A DNA stretch of 64,000 nt, taken from Sphaerodactylus townsendi (lineage: Eukaryota). Shown here piece by piece: positions 1 through 14,436 of the stretch. Each line of letters opens with the position of its first letter. Within the stretch, counting starts at the first letter, position 1. The notes beneath the pieces were generated by a model. It saw only the letters and a program-made list of their open reading frames with translations, was not told the DNA's origin and searched no databases. The DNA is taken from contig NC_059440.1 of NCBI RefSeq assembly GCF_021028975.2, positions 31,186,001 through 31,250,000 of the forward strand. The letters run 5' to 3'. The translations under genes were made by a program, and so were the position numbers.

Positions 1-395
1 AAGTCCAAACTCTTCTTCTTCCTGACTTCTCATCTTAAAATAACCAATGGTCCATTTTATACAACCAACTTCAGAATCTACTCTGAAACCACTGAAACAT
101 CTACATCAAATCTCTAAAAAAAACCTCTGAACTACAGCTCCATTCTGCTGGACCGAGCAGGCGAAACTTAAATATTTTAAATACTTCATTAATTATTCAA
201 ATTCTTTATGATGTAATCACATCCTTGCTATTGATGTAATTATGCCACCTACAGAACACCACTTGCTACTGTTATCACTAGTTCCTTCTTCAGTGTTGAA
301 ATACTGTTCCAGTCGTGCCTTTCACATACTATTATTGCTGTTGTCGTTATTCATACATATTGTTATGCACATAAATATTTAAAAATGGGCCTTAC

Positions 396-3300
396 TTTGG
401 TGTAGTATCCAGGGTACAGCTTCTCTGTGATGGGCGCGATGAAGTCCAGGAGAAATTTGTACCACTCGCGCTCAAAGTTGATCTGGTTCATGTGGATGTC
501 GATTGTTGGCACGTTCTCGTACCCCCCCAGAATCCTGTTGTCCTGCAATGTTATTCCACAAAAGGTGACCTTAGCCAGAGCCTCACTACCTAACTCTAGT
601 GATTTCAAACCAAAAGCTTTGGCATAACTGCTCCTCTCCAGGACTAACCCCGCTGGTCAAAGAAGAGGTCTTATGAAATTGTCAGTGGTAGATGAGACCT
701 CCCATTTCCTCCTCCCAACAGTTACCTGGGGTGAGTCAGTGATCCCCAGGTGACCATGAAGTGAATGTTGTATGAAAGGGGGGAAGGAACCCACCTGCCA
801 CCCCCCCCTTTCAGGACTTTGATGTGCCACAAATGGAATTGTGGGCCTTGTAGAGTAGCAGAAATATGTCAGGGTGCTAGTATCCACTGTCGTTTTATCC
901 GCAGGACTGCCTTACCGAGTTGTCTCCCCTGGACCATTGGCCAAAATTCTCCATCTCCTCTACCAGTTCGTCACAAGCAACATTGGTGAACAGAGGAAAC
1001 CAGTACACATCTGGGCAGGGCTAAGAAGACAGAGAAGCTGTGAGAGCTGAGTCAGTAAAAAGAGGAAGGGGAAGGAAGAAAATAAGGGCAACACCCTTGC
1101 ATACAGGAGTTGGCCTCCCCACTGCCAGACCCCAACTAATCTGGACCTTCAATGAGGTTGGGGCTACGTACCGTTTCTACTCCCTTGCCTTTTAAGGCCG
1201 CTGTGTAGTTTTCGTGGATGTATTTTTCCTTCCAGTCCTGTGATAGAACAAATGAAAAAGTAAGCCTGTCTTTTCAACTAAGTATGACGATGCCAGTTGC
1301 CCTCTCCAAATCAGCCCACAGTGACCCTGGGATTGTGTGGAGAGGCCCTGCTATGTGTCCCTCTGCTGCCGGAGGCATTAGTCTTATGGACACGACTGAA
1401 CTAGCATCTCTCTTTGTCTCTGATTACTTATGTAGTGCCCTGACCTAGACGGTTGTCAGAGTTTGGAAGCTAAGCAGGGTTTACTCTGGTTAGGACTTAG
1501 ATGGGAGACCACCAAGGAAATCTGGGGTTGCTATGCAGAGGCAGGCAACGGCAAACCACCTCTGTTCACCTCTGACCTTGGAAACCTCAGGAGAGATCAC
1601 CATAAGTAGGCTGCGACTTAATTACACTTCTCACCTCCAGTTCCGCAGGTGCCCATCCCTGCTTCTTTTCTACCTGGCCCCTTTGACCTGCAGAAGTTTT
1701 GGGCTTCCCACTGAACATGGATGCAGAGCGGGTGGCAGTTCCCAGCGTCTGCTCTCGAATTCCCTCACCTCTTGCTGTTAAGCTAAAGATCTGCCAAAGG
1801 TCAATAGAGATGCGTAAATTCAGAAGTTTTCCAAGGACAGGATGTGCCCAAAGTGCTGCTGATTTGTCACGAACAGGAAGATGCCCTGCAGGATGCAAAG
1901 GAAAACAAACTAGCTGCTGCAAGGCAAAACCCTCTGCAGTGAGTGCTGCAGAAACACACAGGCCTTTTCAAGCCGCCTCACTCCTCCTTCTCGCAGGAAA
2001 GGCCAGACTAACCTGCTCCCGGATGTTGTGGCAGAAAGCCATGTCTGCATCTAGTTTCCCGCTATGGAAGAGAACAGCTTGGGCAAGTTCAGATCTAAGG
2101 ATGCTGCCTTTGATCAGGTAGATGCTAGAGATGTATGGGACATTCCAGACCCCACTGAGAAAAAGCAAGAAAAGGAGAATTGGGAGAGCAGGATCAGAAA
2201 AAAGCACTTTCACTATGTACTGATGAAGATTTTCACGGCCGGAATCACAGGAGTGTTGTGGGCTTTCCAGGCCGTATGGCCGTGTTCCAGTAGCATTTTC
2301 TCTTGACGTTTCACCTGCATCTGCCAGTCTCTAGTGTTTCTCTTGATACTCACATTCTCCGCCCCTGGACGATATCGATGTAGTCCTCTGAGCGGGCATA
2401 GTAACCATCAGCGCTCAAGGCACCCCAGAAATTGGACCACAGCTTCCCCAAGCGGCCAACAAGCGGGGCAATCACAAACCTGCAGGGTAGAGGAAGAAGG
2501 AAGCGCAAAGAACAGAATAAGTGGAACTTAGTGAGCGAGTGGACACAAATCCGAAGGACAATGTTCGACAACCGTGTTCCCAATCTGAAACAGCCAAAGA
2601 GATGTGCATTTTCCCAGCTGGGAAATTGACACGTAACCATCAGTACACACTAGTTTCCCCCAGGGTCAGCTTAGGACTGGAAAATGGCACAGAGCAGAAG
2701 GGTTGGATCTGGTCTTCTCCTAGGCCTTACCAAACCCACAACCCTTACAGAAGGAAAAACCTGACTCAGGAACTCACTTGTTCTGTTCCATCAGGATTCG
2801 CAGCGTGTCCGGGTTTTTCACCACCGTTTCAGCATCGATGCTAAAGTAATATTCACAAGCAGGATCCTGCCTGCACAGATCACTAGAGAAGGGCCAAACA
2901 TACACAGGTCAAGGCCTGAGAAGAACATGATGTGTGCTGTTTGCAGTGGCCAGCGGATGGACTGAGAAGGTGACTTTAGCTTACCTAGGGCTGTGACAGG
3001 TATAGTCAATTCAGGCTTCCCGATGGATTTGGCAAGGCAGAGGGTATATTATCCTTTCAAGTCTCTGATAGCATTCCATTCAACGGACTTCCCAGCAATG
3101 GCTACCCACTTTTCTTTTTAACGGCCAAGTAAAATACGTGGCCTTGTATAAGCAAAGGCTATTTTCAAACACCACTGGTGATTCAGATTTTTCTCCTCTC
3201 TTGCCCACAAGCAAATGTCTGATCACAGTTTCAATTTCCAGAAAAAGAAGAAGAATATCTTTCTGTCCCGTAAGGAGACTTAAAGGGACTTACAAACTTA

Positions 3301-6300
3301 TTCCCCTCTTCTCCCCACAACAGACACCTGGAGAGGCAGGTGGGGCTGAGAGAGTTCCTAAAAACTGTGACTAGCCCAAGGACACCCAGCAGGAATGTAG
3401 GAGTGGGGAAACACATCTGGTTCCCCAGATAAGACTCCGTCACTCATGTGGAGGAGTGGGGGATCAAACCTGGTCCTCAGCCACTTACATGCCCATATTC
3501 CGTGCGTCAGCATTCTCCACATGATCGTCTGGCCCAATCACTTTGACGGCGTGATATTCTTCTCCGTGTTCCTCTAAAAACTCATCCACCTGGGAGAGGT
3601 GATGCTCTTCCTGCACACAAATTGAAAGGATGCCCGTTGCATCAGAGCCAGAGGGATGCTTTCAGCAGGCTTCACAGTTGCCAAGAAAAAGCCACCATCT
3701 GCTCCCTCTCCGTGTTTTGCCTTTTCAAGAAACCCACCACAAAAAGCCAGCCCAGTGTGGAAGTTCAGCAGGTCAAGCCAGGATTGTGGGCTCAGGCAGG
3801 GAAGGAGGCAGCAGCCTGGGACGGGTCTCCCCTTCCCAAGGATGACGTTACTCACGTGATTGTGGATGAAGAGCTGGATCCGTTTCTTCGGGTAGTGGAG
3901 CTTCTGCAGCCTTTGGAAAAACGGGTTGAGGAAAGGGGTGGGCTGCTCAATAAAGATGCCAATCAGAACCATGGGCAGAGCATCGTCCTGAAATGAGTGC
4001 AAAAAGCATTCTGAGAGATCCAGACCCTGGAACTTCAGTTCTACTGGAGCTGGAAGCTGGAAGATCTCTAGCCAGCCTCCCATTTTAACAAAACTACAAA
4101 TCCCAGGGTTCTTTACAAAGTGGCAAGAGAGAAACAAGAGAACCCAGAGCCCGTTTAGACCTCAAAGACAAGCCTGCCTTTGAACTTCCAGCTGCCCACC
4201 CACCGACCAGATTCGGTGTTAGCTCTTACTTTGAGGCGAGAGAGGTTCCTCAGGCCTTCACTGCAAACAGTGCAGCCTGTTTCGAAGGTCCAGGTTTGTG
4301 GGATATAGTTTCCCAGGTAATTTAACTGCAACTTTGAGAAGCAAGAGAGAGAAAGAGAGAGAACACTCAAATTCATGAAGCTCATTTCCCCCTGGAGCTA
4401 TGATTACACCAACTGTACCTTTCTCTCCCTCTTGAGAAAGAGAAACTGAAGATGTGGATCAGGCCAGAATGGAAAGAAGGGATGCACCTGGACTCTAGCC
4501 GTGGCACACACTACTCAAAGCATCGTGGATTAATTTACAGTGGGCGAGTGGAAGCAGAGGAGACTGAGATCCAACTCTATTGTCGTAATGCCCCGACCTC
4601 TAGTAGTTTGGTTCTTGCCAGTCCTATAGGATCTCTGTGTCCTCTGCATTCGCATGATCACCAGTAAAAAGGTCAAACCAAACAAAGTGTGTTTCTAGTC
4701 AATAATGGCTGCTCTGATGTGCTTCAATAAGTGAGGGCAATATCCAGTGGATCTGCCTAGTATAGGCTGATTAGACGTCCTGCTTTTGGTGGGACAGTCC
4801 AGCCTTCAAACGATTTGTCCCACGTCCCGCGGGTTCTTTAATTTGTCTCGATTTTTGGGGAGGCTGCCGCACTGCCTTCTGGGCGCGCACAGCTGCCTAC
4901 CCCGTCCCGGTTCACAAAGGTGACCATCTGGTCACCTTAGCCTAGTACCAAATCAAGCCACTGGAACATTTAACGAAGTACTGCCTGTTCTGCCTGGTAG
5001 TAACTCTCCAGACTCTTGGCAGAGACCATTTCCACTCCTGCTCTCCAAAGTCTCAGATGCCAGAGACTGAATCTGAGCTCTATGACCCTTCCCACAGATC
5101 CAGCGAGTAAGCAGAAGACTGTCAAACTGTCATACCTTGAACTACACCTGTGCTGCAAGTGGCGGAAATAAATTCTGCAAAATAAATAGGTCCCCTTGCA
5201 TGATCATATACATATTTATTTGAATAACTTATTCAGGGCCAAGGATTCAGGTTTCCCCCAGTGCCTCAGGTACCCAGCCCTGCCTCCGATTCTGCTGCCC
5301 CACTGCAATCAAAAGAACACTTGTTCTAATCTTCTCCTTGGAGACTTCGTTTACCTTGGTAGGGCCATTGCCATGAACCACAACCGGGAGAGTGTCAAAT
5401 GCCAGGTTTCGTGCTCTCACTCGACCGTTTTCGAATTTTAGGACCACCTCATCTTTAAAAAGGGGTGGGGGAGGAAAGAGGGAGAGATCAGATTAATTTG
5501 CCATGGAAGGCTTGCTGCTAGGACATATGGTTTTCAGAGGAAAAGAAAGAATGGATGCCGGAGCCATTCTTGGCTTTGAGAAGTCACAGGGACGTCTAGG
5601 GCAACCTGACATTTTGGTCTGAGAAAAGCAGGTACAAGGAAAGAAAGAAGAAGAAGAGTTGAGAGTTATACTCCCCCCCTTTTCTCTCCTGTAAGGAGTC
5701 TTGAAGGGGCTGACAAACTTTCCTGCTCACAACAGACACCATGTGAGGCAGGTGGGACTGAAAGAGTTCCGAAGAACTGTGACTAGACCAAGATCACCCA
5801 GCAGGAATGTAGGAGTGCGGAAACATATCTGGCTCACCAGATAACAGTCATGTGAAGGAGTGAGGAAATCAAACCTGGTTCTCCAGATTAGAGTCCACCT
5901 GCTTTTAACCACTACACCTCTCTCCTGTCCCATACATGCAAATCATACCTCTGATTAAACCCCCCCCCACCCAATGGTTGCTTTTAAGATTTCAAGAATG
6001 CTACAAGCTGTGCAGTCCAGGAGCTTGTCTAACCTAGCTCTAGGGAGCTCCCCCACTTCAAAAGCCAAATGTATCATTTTCTTCTCTTTCCCTATCTTCT
6101 GACCACTCCATTCTCCAGCACTAGCCCTGTCCCCATCATGCTGTATTCATGAGCTTCCCTTGAGGTATCTGGCTGGCTAGCCAGAAGATGGAACACAGAA
6201 TTAAATGTGCCACGGGTTTGCCCCATGCTTAGAGGCTCTTGTGACTCTACTCTAAATCATCTCTAAGAAACCATGGGGATGACAGTTAGCAAGCAGGTAT

Positions 6301-9300
6301 TTCCTTGTGTTGGCTGCAGGTATCTCTTTTCTGCCACCAAACCAAACAACAACCTGAATCTGCAAAGTATTTCCCTTCCCTGATTGCTACTCTTTAGAGT
6401 TCTGCCAAAGCTGCATGCATAGATTTAGTTACAACTTGCATCTACAACCTCTCCCTTCTTCCACACCCAGAGGTTGACCCCTTCATTTAACCTGCGTTGA
6501 GATCCAAGAGGCCAGGCAAGAAAGCAATTGTGGGCAGCGGTTGGGGGGAGTCCTTCTGCCTCTACTCTGCAAAATGGAGCAAGGACTTTTAGGTTGCTGG
6601 ATCTTTCCAGAACTCTCCCATCTCTACCAAAAAAAGCTTCCATAATGTATCAGGTTAAGCACATTTCAAATGATTGCTTCAAGGACTCAGGTCTCTTTCC
6701 GTAGTTTCTTACCTAGAGCGCCATTCAGGTTTTGGAAGATCCGACACTTGTGATCCAAAGAGATATTGATGTTTCCCTGTTATGGAAAAAACAACAGAAT
6801 AAGGATTGCAAAGGGACCAAAGAGGTCTGTCCAGAGGCAGAATTATTTACACTGGGGATGCACACAAGGCAACTTGTGGGCCATGGGTCAATTTCTGATG
6901 ACTGACACAGTGCCTGATTTTCCACATTCATTCATTCTCACATTTACATCCAACTCTTCTCCCACAGGACACAGGCTGATGGGGGTGATCCCATTTTTAC
7001 TAGCGTGACAGTCCAGAGGAGGGTTTTTCACCACTGAACACACACTCAGCAGCGTGAGTCACACTGCACATACATCACAGTTTTCACTGTTCTGTGCTCA
7101 CCCGCTTTTCTGGATCTAAGAAGACACTGGTATAATAGAGTTGATCGCTGTCACTATCATGCCCTTGCCAATCTGCCACAAGTTTGAGGAGATACGGAGC
7201 GTAGCCAATGAACCCTGCAGGGAGGGAGAGAAGGAAGTGTCAGGGAAACAAAGTAAATATGGTGTGCATCTTGTGCACAGATCTTGGTGATCTAAATGAC
7301 AGCACCTGTCATCCAGGGTCAGTTGGCAAAAGCCTGATGCAACTGAACCAAACCAGTCTGATCCGGTGCTGTGACCTTGCCAGTGATTGGGCAGTGTTTG
7401 TATATCAGCAGAGCACTATCAGTGCACAATATCTGTTAGGGATTCTTGTTTACTGCGAGGCATGCTGCCGGTTTGTTCCTTGATGTTCACTGTATATAGC
7501 TTGCACCTGAAAGTAAAATTCCTTCTTTGAAGTGAAGCTACTGTGTGGTGTGGAGTTATTTGTCTGCTGTGCCAAGCCGTCTTCAACTGCACTTATCTTT
7601 CTCTGGTAATGCACCTATCCGCTGATAAACCGCCTGCTCTGTCAGGAAGGCCATGGGAGGTTTACTGATGCAGGCACTGTCCACTTCATTTAACAGAGCA
7701 AGAAATATTAATGGAGAAAAGATCATGGCTGGTGCTGGGCGTTCTGCTGCAGCTGCAGAAATCAGCCAGGTCCTTCATCAGGCAAAACTGAACTGCAATT
7801 TTCTTCAAGAAACTTACCAGACCTCTACTGAAAACAATTAAAAACATTTGGCTTCAGAAATCCACCACGCTTTCTCTGCAGAAACATACTTCGCTTGGTT
7901 TATGTTTCACTTGATGAAACGTAGCTTTTGTGTAATTCTACAGATCCAAGAAAATACATTTTAAAAACTGTTTTTGATTCCTACAACGGGGTGGCTGCAG
8001 ACTGAAGAGTTTCCATTGTTTCAAGAAGAACACAGTTCTACACCTCGCTATAAAGGAAATCCTCAAAACCTATTGGCGTTTTCTGCTGCAAGGACCAAAA
8101 CCAAAGGAGCACAGGGTGGGGCCTCCAGAATTCCAGCACCCTCCCAGTTCACCTCCCCCCCTTTACCCGCATCATAGTTTAACAGAGCCATGCAAAGCAG
8201 AGTTGCATCCTTCTAAGCCCAATGACTTCAGAGCTAAATTCTGCTTCTTTCCAACCCTGAATGCCCACCGCTGATCCCCTTCTCACCTCCAGACCCCAGG
8301 AATCGCTTCCCGTCTCGGACCTGCGGGTATTTAGCTTCCAGTCTCCGGTCAGGGTAGATGAGAGTCTCTGACGAGAAGACCACTTTGGACTTAGCCTGCC
8401 TGAACTTCTTTAACAGCTCTGCGGGCCCCGATGCAAAGACAACATCGTAACTGCAATGGGGGGAAGGGGGAGCGGGAGGAAAAAGAACAAGAAATTACCC
8501 CTGCTGAAGGAGGCAGAGCGTGGTATAGCCCGCCTGCCACTGAACGATCCTCCTCCTTCACTGGGATGTGCCACAGAAGGGCTCAAGATCTTGGGTGGGA
8601 AGGAGGGCATACACCTCCATGACAAAAAGGCCCCCAAGGGTGGGTAAGCTTTGTTCAGAGCTTCATCTGAATAAGGGTTGCCAACTGCAGCTCGGTGGGG
8701 GGGGGGGTACCTGGAGATTTTTTGGGTGGAGCCTGAGGAGGGTGGGATTTGGGGAGAGAAGGATTTCAATGGGGTACAATGCCACAGAGTCCACAGAGGT
8801 TTTTAAAGAGAGGCTGGATGGGCAACTGTCAGGAGTGCTTTGACTGTGTGTTCCTGGATTGCACGGGACTGGACTTGATGGCCCTTGGGGTCTCTTCCAA
8901 CTCTATGGTTCTATGATTCCAAAGAGGCCGTTTTCTCCATCTTAATTTATCTCTGAAGCCTGGAGATCAGCTGTAATCCCAGGAGATCTCCAGCTAGTAC
9001 CCAGAGGTTGACAACCCCAGTCTGAATGTATCAGGGTCCATGGCCTATTTGCAATGTCAGGGCAAACACCTGCCAAGCTGCAAGCTGTGTGAACAAGATG
9101 CAAACAAAATGCTAAAAACTGCTTGCTTCTTTCATCATGATTTATTTGTCACGTACCTAAAAAAAGGCAGACTAGCACTGAAAAGCAGGAGCAAGTTCCA
9201 GCAATCTCGGTCAGTGTTAACTGCAGTTTGCCCCAGCACAAGTAATGCTTAATGTGGCTAAAACCAACACAAGATGGGAAAGGAGGACATGTTGCAGAGA

Positions 9301-12300
9301 GGGGAAACCAGATGAGAGAGGGGATTATCTTCCAGAAGTCCTGATTTGCAAACCAGGATGTGCCAGAGTTATGTCTGTCCCAGGGGACCCACACATACAC
9401 ACAGTTTTGAGGTAATGGCTCAACAGCAAAACCTGCAGTCCAGTCACCTTTCTGTGAAGAGAATGACCAAGTTTTCTTGGTCTGAATAGCCTTCCAAAGC
9501 TGATTTCACAGAGCATCTGATCTTTCTGGCCACCTCCCGCAGCGCTCTTCTGGGTTGCCTCTAAGCATGCCACTCTCTGCCCAGCCCAAGACCCAGGCCC
9601 TGCCAGCGCTGTGAGGGAGACGCCCTCCTGGTTCATCTCAGTCGGTCAGTATTTTTATGTACACAAATGTGGAAGTAACAATCAAAGTCTTCTGTCTCTA
9701 TTGTAGGGAATGAAAATCACCACTGTCAGAGTGGCTGAACAGCCTTCTACAGATTTAAAAAATGTAATTAAAACTGTATCTTGAAAAATACAATTCTGTA
9801 CACATTTACCTGGAAGCAACACTTTAAAATAATGGGACATACTTCTGAATAAATATGTGCAGGATTGCATTGCTAGCCAAGCATTAGATAGGGATGGCCG
9901 TCCAATTTTTTTCCTAATCTGGGAAATTTGTTTGTGTAGTATTCATTCTGGTACAATGTGGAACTCTCAATTCAGACAGCCTGTTAGCATCACCTGGATC
10001 TTGTAGCTGAAGAACTGAGCAGATCTCTGGAACCGCCTGAATCCTTCTGTCTCCTTGGTGGCCACAGTTAGAACCAATAAATTATCTGGGTAGAAGAGGA
10101 AGAACAAGGAGAATTAAGAGGCACACACGAGGCTGGTTTTTGATTCAAAGCATTCCGCTAATATTCAACCAAATATGCCAAGTGGATTCCTACCTGTCAC
10201 TTTTTAATCCCACCTTCTGCCAAAAGCTCAGGATGGTATACATGGTTCTCTTGTCCTCTGTTTGAGACTCACAGCAACATAGCAAGGGAGACTAGACCGA
10301 GAAGAAGCTACTGGCCCAAAGTCATCCAGTGAACTTCATGGCTCAGTGGAGGATTTAAACCTGCATCTCGTCCTAGTCCAACTAAGGTCACAGGGGAGGC
10401 CCTCCTGACTGACCCACCAATCAAAGATGCCTGTTTGGGGGGTACACAACAGGGTGCTGGACATGATTAAGTCTCAGCTAGCAAAGCAGATTTTGCATTC
10501 TCATAGATAGGAAAGTAAAAAAACAAAACATCTATCTCTCATGTCAACTTGCAGAATGACTTGTGGGTTTTTAATTGGTGGTAGATGCCCCAAGTCTGCA
10601 AGGGGAAGGACCGGATATAAAACAAAACAAACAAACAAACATCACTATAATCAATTAAAGAGCTTCCCAAATGCCTGTCAACTACTAGAAATCTGAAGAG
10701 TGGTGTTTTTTTCCTATCCAGTGATGAGACTCCAGCACCAAGAGTTTTTTTTAACTAAAGCCCATAGTTGAAAGAACAAGGAACAGGAAAGGGATCTAAC
10801 ATGGTATCTGTTCAGCTGGCATGCTCTACTTTTCATTTCCAGGGCTTCTTAACAAACACACACAAGCCTCATTCAGAAACCAAACTGGTCCGGAGTGCCC
10901 AGAAAATCCATCCAGAAGTAAAGGCAAACCATCTGGCGCATCGATCAGTGAAGCTGGACGTGCAAGAAAAAAACAACTGCTGCTGTGTTGTATTGTGGGA
11001 ACTGTGCATTCATACTTTTTTTGTGCGTATGACATGCATTTTTTTGTGCGTATGACATGCATTTTTCGTCTTTACTGATGAAAACTTCCTGCCCAGCTGG
11101 AGTGTTCTCCAGAGGCAACTGACTTTATTTATTTACTTAAAATATTTACATGTCTGTCTTTCACCCCAGAATCCCCAGGCCCAAGGCAGAAAACAACTAT
11201 GTAAAAACAAATATTAAAGCAATGCATTAAAAACAAAACTAAAAGCAACCGATACCCCAACCAACCAGTAGGAAATCCTCCTTTGCCAAGCTTAGGTCCC
11301 CGCACAAGCTCTGTTTTGAAGGGCTGCCAGGAGGGTAGGTGCCCCCTGAACTCTGTTCCAGAGCCATGGGGCATGACTAGCAGATTTGGAAAGATTTCAG
11401 ACTAGAGAGCCCTTTGGTCTGATTCAAGAGGGTGCCCTGTTCTTTTTTCAGGATAGACCTCAGCCTCCTACTTCTCCCTCTCGGCACCAAAGAGAAAATA
11501 GTAAATATACAAGAGAAGACAACTTATCACACTATTTAAGTGACAAAAGCCCAGGCTAGATTCATTTTCGGACCAACTCTTTATGAACTGTTCAGTGGAA
11601 CTCTGACTTCTGCTAAAAGCAGCTGGCCACTCCAGCGTGGGATCAGAGGCCTCCCAAAAGGACAGATGGAGGTGTCGTATTTCTGAGTCAAGGGGAAGAA
11701 AAGCAATCCAGTGTACGGCCTTCCAAGGTGGCTGGAATGTGGAAAAGTTAGCAGGCGACATAAGCGGCCCTGTGCAAAGTCCTTCTTTTTGTTGATTTTT
11801 TAAAAAAGATCCTGAGTCACAGGGGAAAGACATTTGGCAGATGGAAAAAGGGATGGGACTTTGTGCACATACATTCTGAATAAATCTCATTGTTAAAAAT
11901 GCATTACAAAATATTTTGACATAGCGAACTTTTTGGTAGTGCCAGTTTTTAAAAGAGGTAAGCCAACATCTCTTCAGAATGCACGGGAGTCACGTGATCA
12001 CACACAGGAGTAGGAAAGGGTTTCTAGCCCTATGATTCTTTTCTTTGCACATGGACTGAGATCTGCCTCCCCCATTTTTGAGTTTTCTTTTCTGCAGCAA
12101 ATTGAATTGCAATTTAATTATCTTTCAGTTCCCGCTCAGTGCAACAGCAATAGTCAAGCTAGCAAAATTTCATATGCCAAATACTTTAAAAATATTTTTG
12201 CAGTGTGCTGGGAGTGTCTGTTCTGTGCTCCTCCGCATCACTGCTATATTCGCCTGACCCCCAACCCAAATATTTGCCACTGGAGTGTATTGATTATGGG

Positions 12301-13069
12301 AATCCTGGAGTACAGTTTCCATTCAATTGTATAGAGTAAAGATGGCCCAGAAACGCGCTCTCTAAATCCTCGCAGAATTGATAGGAAAACGATAAGGAAG
12401 GGAAAATCACTTATGCCACCTAAGCTCCTTTGAAGAGGGTGGGTTAGAAACATGATAAATAAACAATATATTTGCATAAAAGATATGTGAACGGGTTGAT
12501 TTCTGCTCCATTTGAAATGATGTCCTATCACACGCTGTGATGTGCCACAGTTTCGTACTCTCTGTTACTTTACAAAAAACACTTCTTGATTCTCTATCCC
12601 CATTTATGAGCGTACACTGAAATATAGTGCATAAGCAAGCATCTTGTAGGGAGTGAGGCAGAAGGGGTAGAGAGGATCACCCCAACAATGGTTACTCTGG
12701 ACACTAACTAGAAGGGTGATTTGCATGAGGAAGTAATACACCCCAGCCTGAATGTACCCACTTGGAAACTGATTTCCAGAGAACTTGCTTTCAAGTAAGT
12801 GTACAGGTACCAGAGATGGTAAATGCCAAAGCAGGCAAGTGCTGCCGTACCAGAATAACTACAGTGGAGTGAAAAGGTACAACCTTGTAAGTGTCTAACC
12901 CGGTGGATCTATCTGTGGGTGCAGAAGGGAGGGGAGAGTCCCACTGCCTGCGTATCCATTCCTGTCTGATCTGGCCAGCCCCAGCCTTACCTTGCTGCTT
13001 CTGGGAGCCGCAACCTCCCTCGGCGATGAGGAGTAGCAGAAGCGGTAGAAGGATACAGCTGAGGGGCAT
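396..13069 (-). CDS. PLOD1: Procollagen-lysine,2-oxoglutarate 5-dioxygenase 1 (lysyl hydroxylase 1), exons 1-17; 3' end runs off the window start
   Basis: Exons with GT/AG ends and consistent phase: 12991-13069 (signal peptide [26 protein letters not shown]), 9994-10085 ([19 protein letters not shown]), ~9448-9599 (disrupted, GGGQK...NLVILFTES), 8287-8450 (YDVVFASGP...RFLGSG), 7102-7214 (GFIGYAP...FLDPEKR), 6713-6776, 5355-5452 (VVHGNGPTK), 4230-4331 ([11 protein letters not shown]), 3856-3987, 3489-3610, 2778-2882, 2354-2479 ([21 protein letters not shown]), 2013-2154 (GVWNVPYIS), 1769-1885 (disrupted), 1172-1237, 916-1020 (PCPDVYWFP), 396-542 ([13 protein letters not shown]). Head-to-head with KIAA2013, as for mammalian PLOD1. 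Confidence 0.95.
1430..1630 (+). mobile_element. 5S rRNA-derived SINE
   Basis: Degenerate 5S internal promoter (GGAAGCTAAGCAGGGT...TGGTTAG...GATGGGAGACCACC) fused to a non-5S body. Other copies ~41670-41830, ~56985-57095, ~62555-62730. Confidence 0.7.
4763..4939. mobile_element. hAT MITE (TAGGGTGACC-type ends)
   Basis: Imperfect TIRs and perfect 8-bp TSD GCCTAGTA. Confidence 0.75.
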
Positions 13070-13986
13070 CTTCGGATGGGCTCCTTGCACCGGATCTTGC
13101 AGAAAAAAAAGGAAAAGTTTTTTTGGAGAGGCGGACGGGATGCAACTCTGCTTTCTACAAGTCCCTCCCAGTCGTCCCAGAGCTGCTGTGCCACGCAATA
13201 AGCACGCCTCTTGCAGGAAGGGGGGGGGGGGGCTCCTCCTCTCTCCAGACCCATCCTGTCTTACACACACACATCCATCCTCCCGGCATTGAGATTCAGA
13301 GACTGTCCCAAATGCAAGGTGCTGAAGGAGTGGGGCTGCAGCAGCAGAAAGCTACCAAGGCAGGCCTTAAAATAAAAACTTATTTCAACTGTGGGACACA
13401 AGCCTGTATTTAGAGGTCTGAAAGGATCTCAGTTTGATTGAGTTGGGTTTACTCTGGAGCAGATAGGTCAAGATTTGTGGCTTGCCCAAATCCAAAATGG
13501 CACTCTGGACACCCTGCTTAATTATGCTAGAATTATTATTATTTGTGCTAGAATTATTATTATGGGTTCTTTCTACAAAACTTTCAAGAAACAACAGAGT
13601 TTTGACTGAAATGAGAACTTTGCACACGATCAAAAGTTCAGTCATTGGAGACACTAAACTTTACAATACCAATCCAGAAATGTCACTGCCACAGCCAGAA
13701 GGAAAAGTCCATTTGATTTTTCAGACCCTAATTACAGAAACACACCCAAGCCCCACAAATCCTCAAAAATAAACACATATAGCTATCACTTTATGTGGAT
13801 TCAAATGTGATGATGAGAATAAATTAGTTTGTGCATCCTCTTCCCTCCCCACTGATTAACCAAATATTTACAACCCAAGAACTGCTCCAGTCTAAATGCA
13901 TCGAAATGAATGGAGTAGATCCCGTTCAACACAGTTTGCGCCTGTGGGTCCATTTACTCTACATATGCATGATCATAGCCCTAGAT

Positions 13987-14436
13987 CAGGGGTAGGGAAC
14001 CTTTAACACTCAAAGAGCCATTTGGACCCATTTTCCATGGGAAAAGAAAACACTTGGAGCCGCAAATAATTTTTGACATTTAAAATAAAGTTTACTCTCT
14101 CTCTCTATATATATATATAGGGGTTTTTTTTTTACCTTTTACTCCGTTCATTCTGAGAAGTGCATGGATGTGCCCGCCCTGCTGCCTGCAGGGCGGGCAA
14201 AGATGAAGCCGGTGGCTTGGCCTTGCCGGCCGCCGGGAAAGTGCCCGCCCCGCTCCAACGGGGCGGGCAAGAGGGGAAGCCCACGGTGCGGCCCAGCCGA
14301 CTGTGAGCAGTTGGTGCGCCCGCCCCTGCTGCCTGCAGGGCGGGCAAGGATGGGGCCAGCGGCTCGGCTCGTGGAGCCACAGTGCAAGGGCAGAAGAGCC
14401 GCATGCGGCTCTCGAGCCGCAGGTTCCCTACCCCTG
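13987..14436. mobile_element. Non-autonomous hAT transposon
   Basis: TIR CAGGGGTAGGGAACCT and perfect 8-bp TSD CCCTAGAT; close relative at 59366-59799. Confidence 0.9.

Noticed and set aside
1430-1535. 5S rRNA-like sequence
   Set aside because: Too degenerate and fused to a SINE body; not a functional 5S gene.
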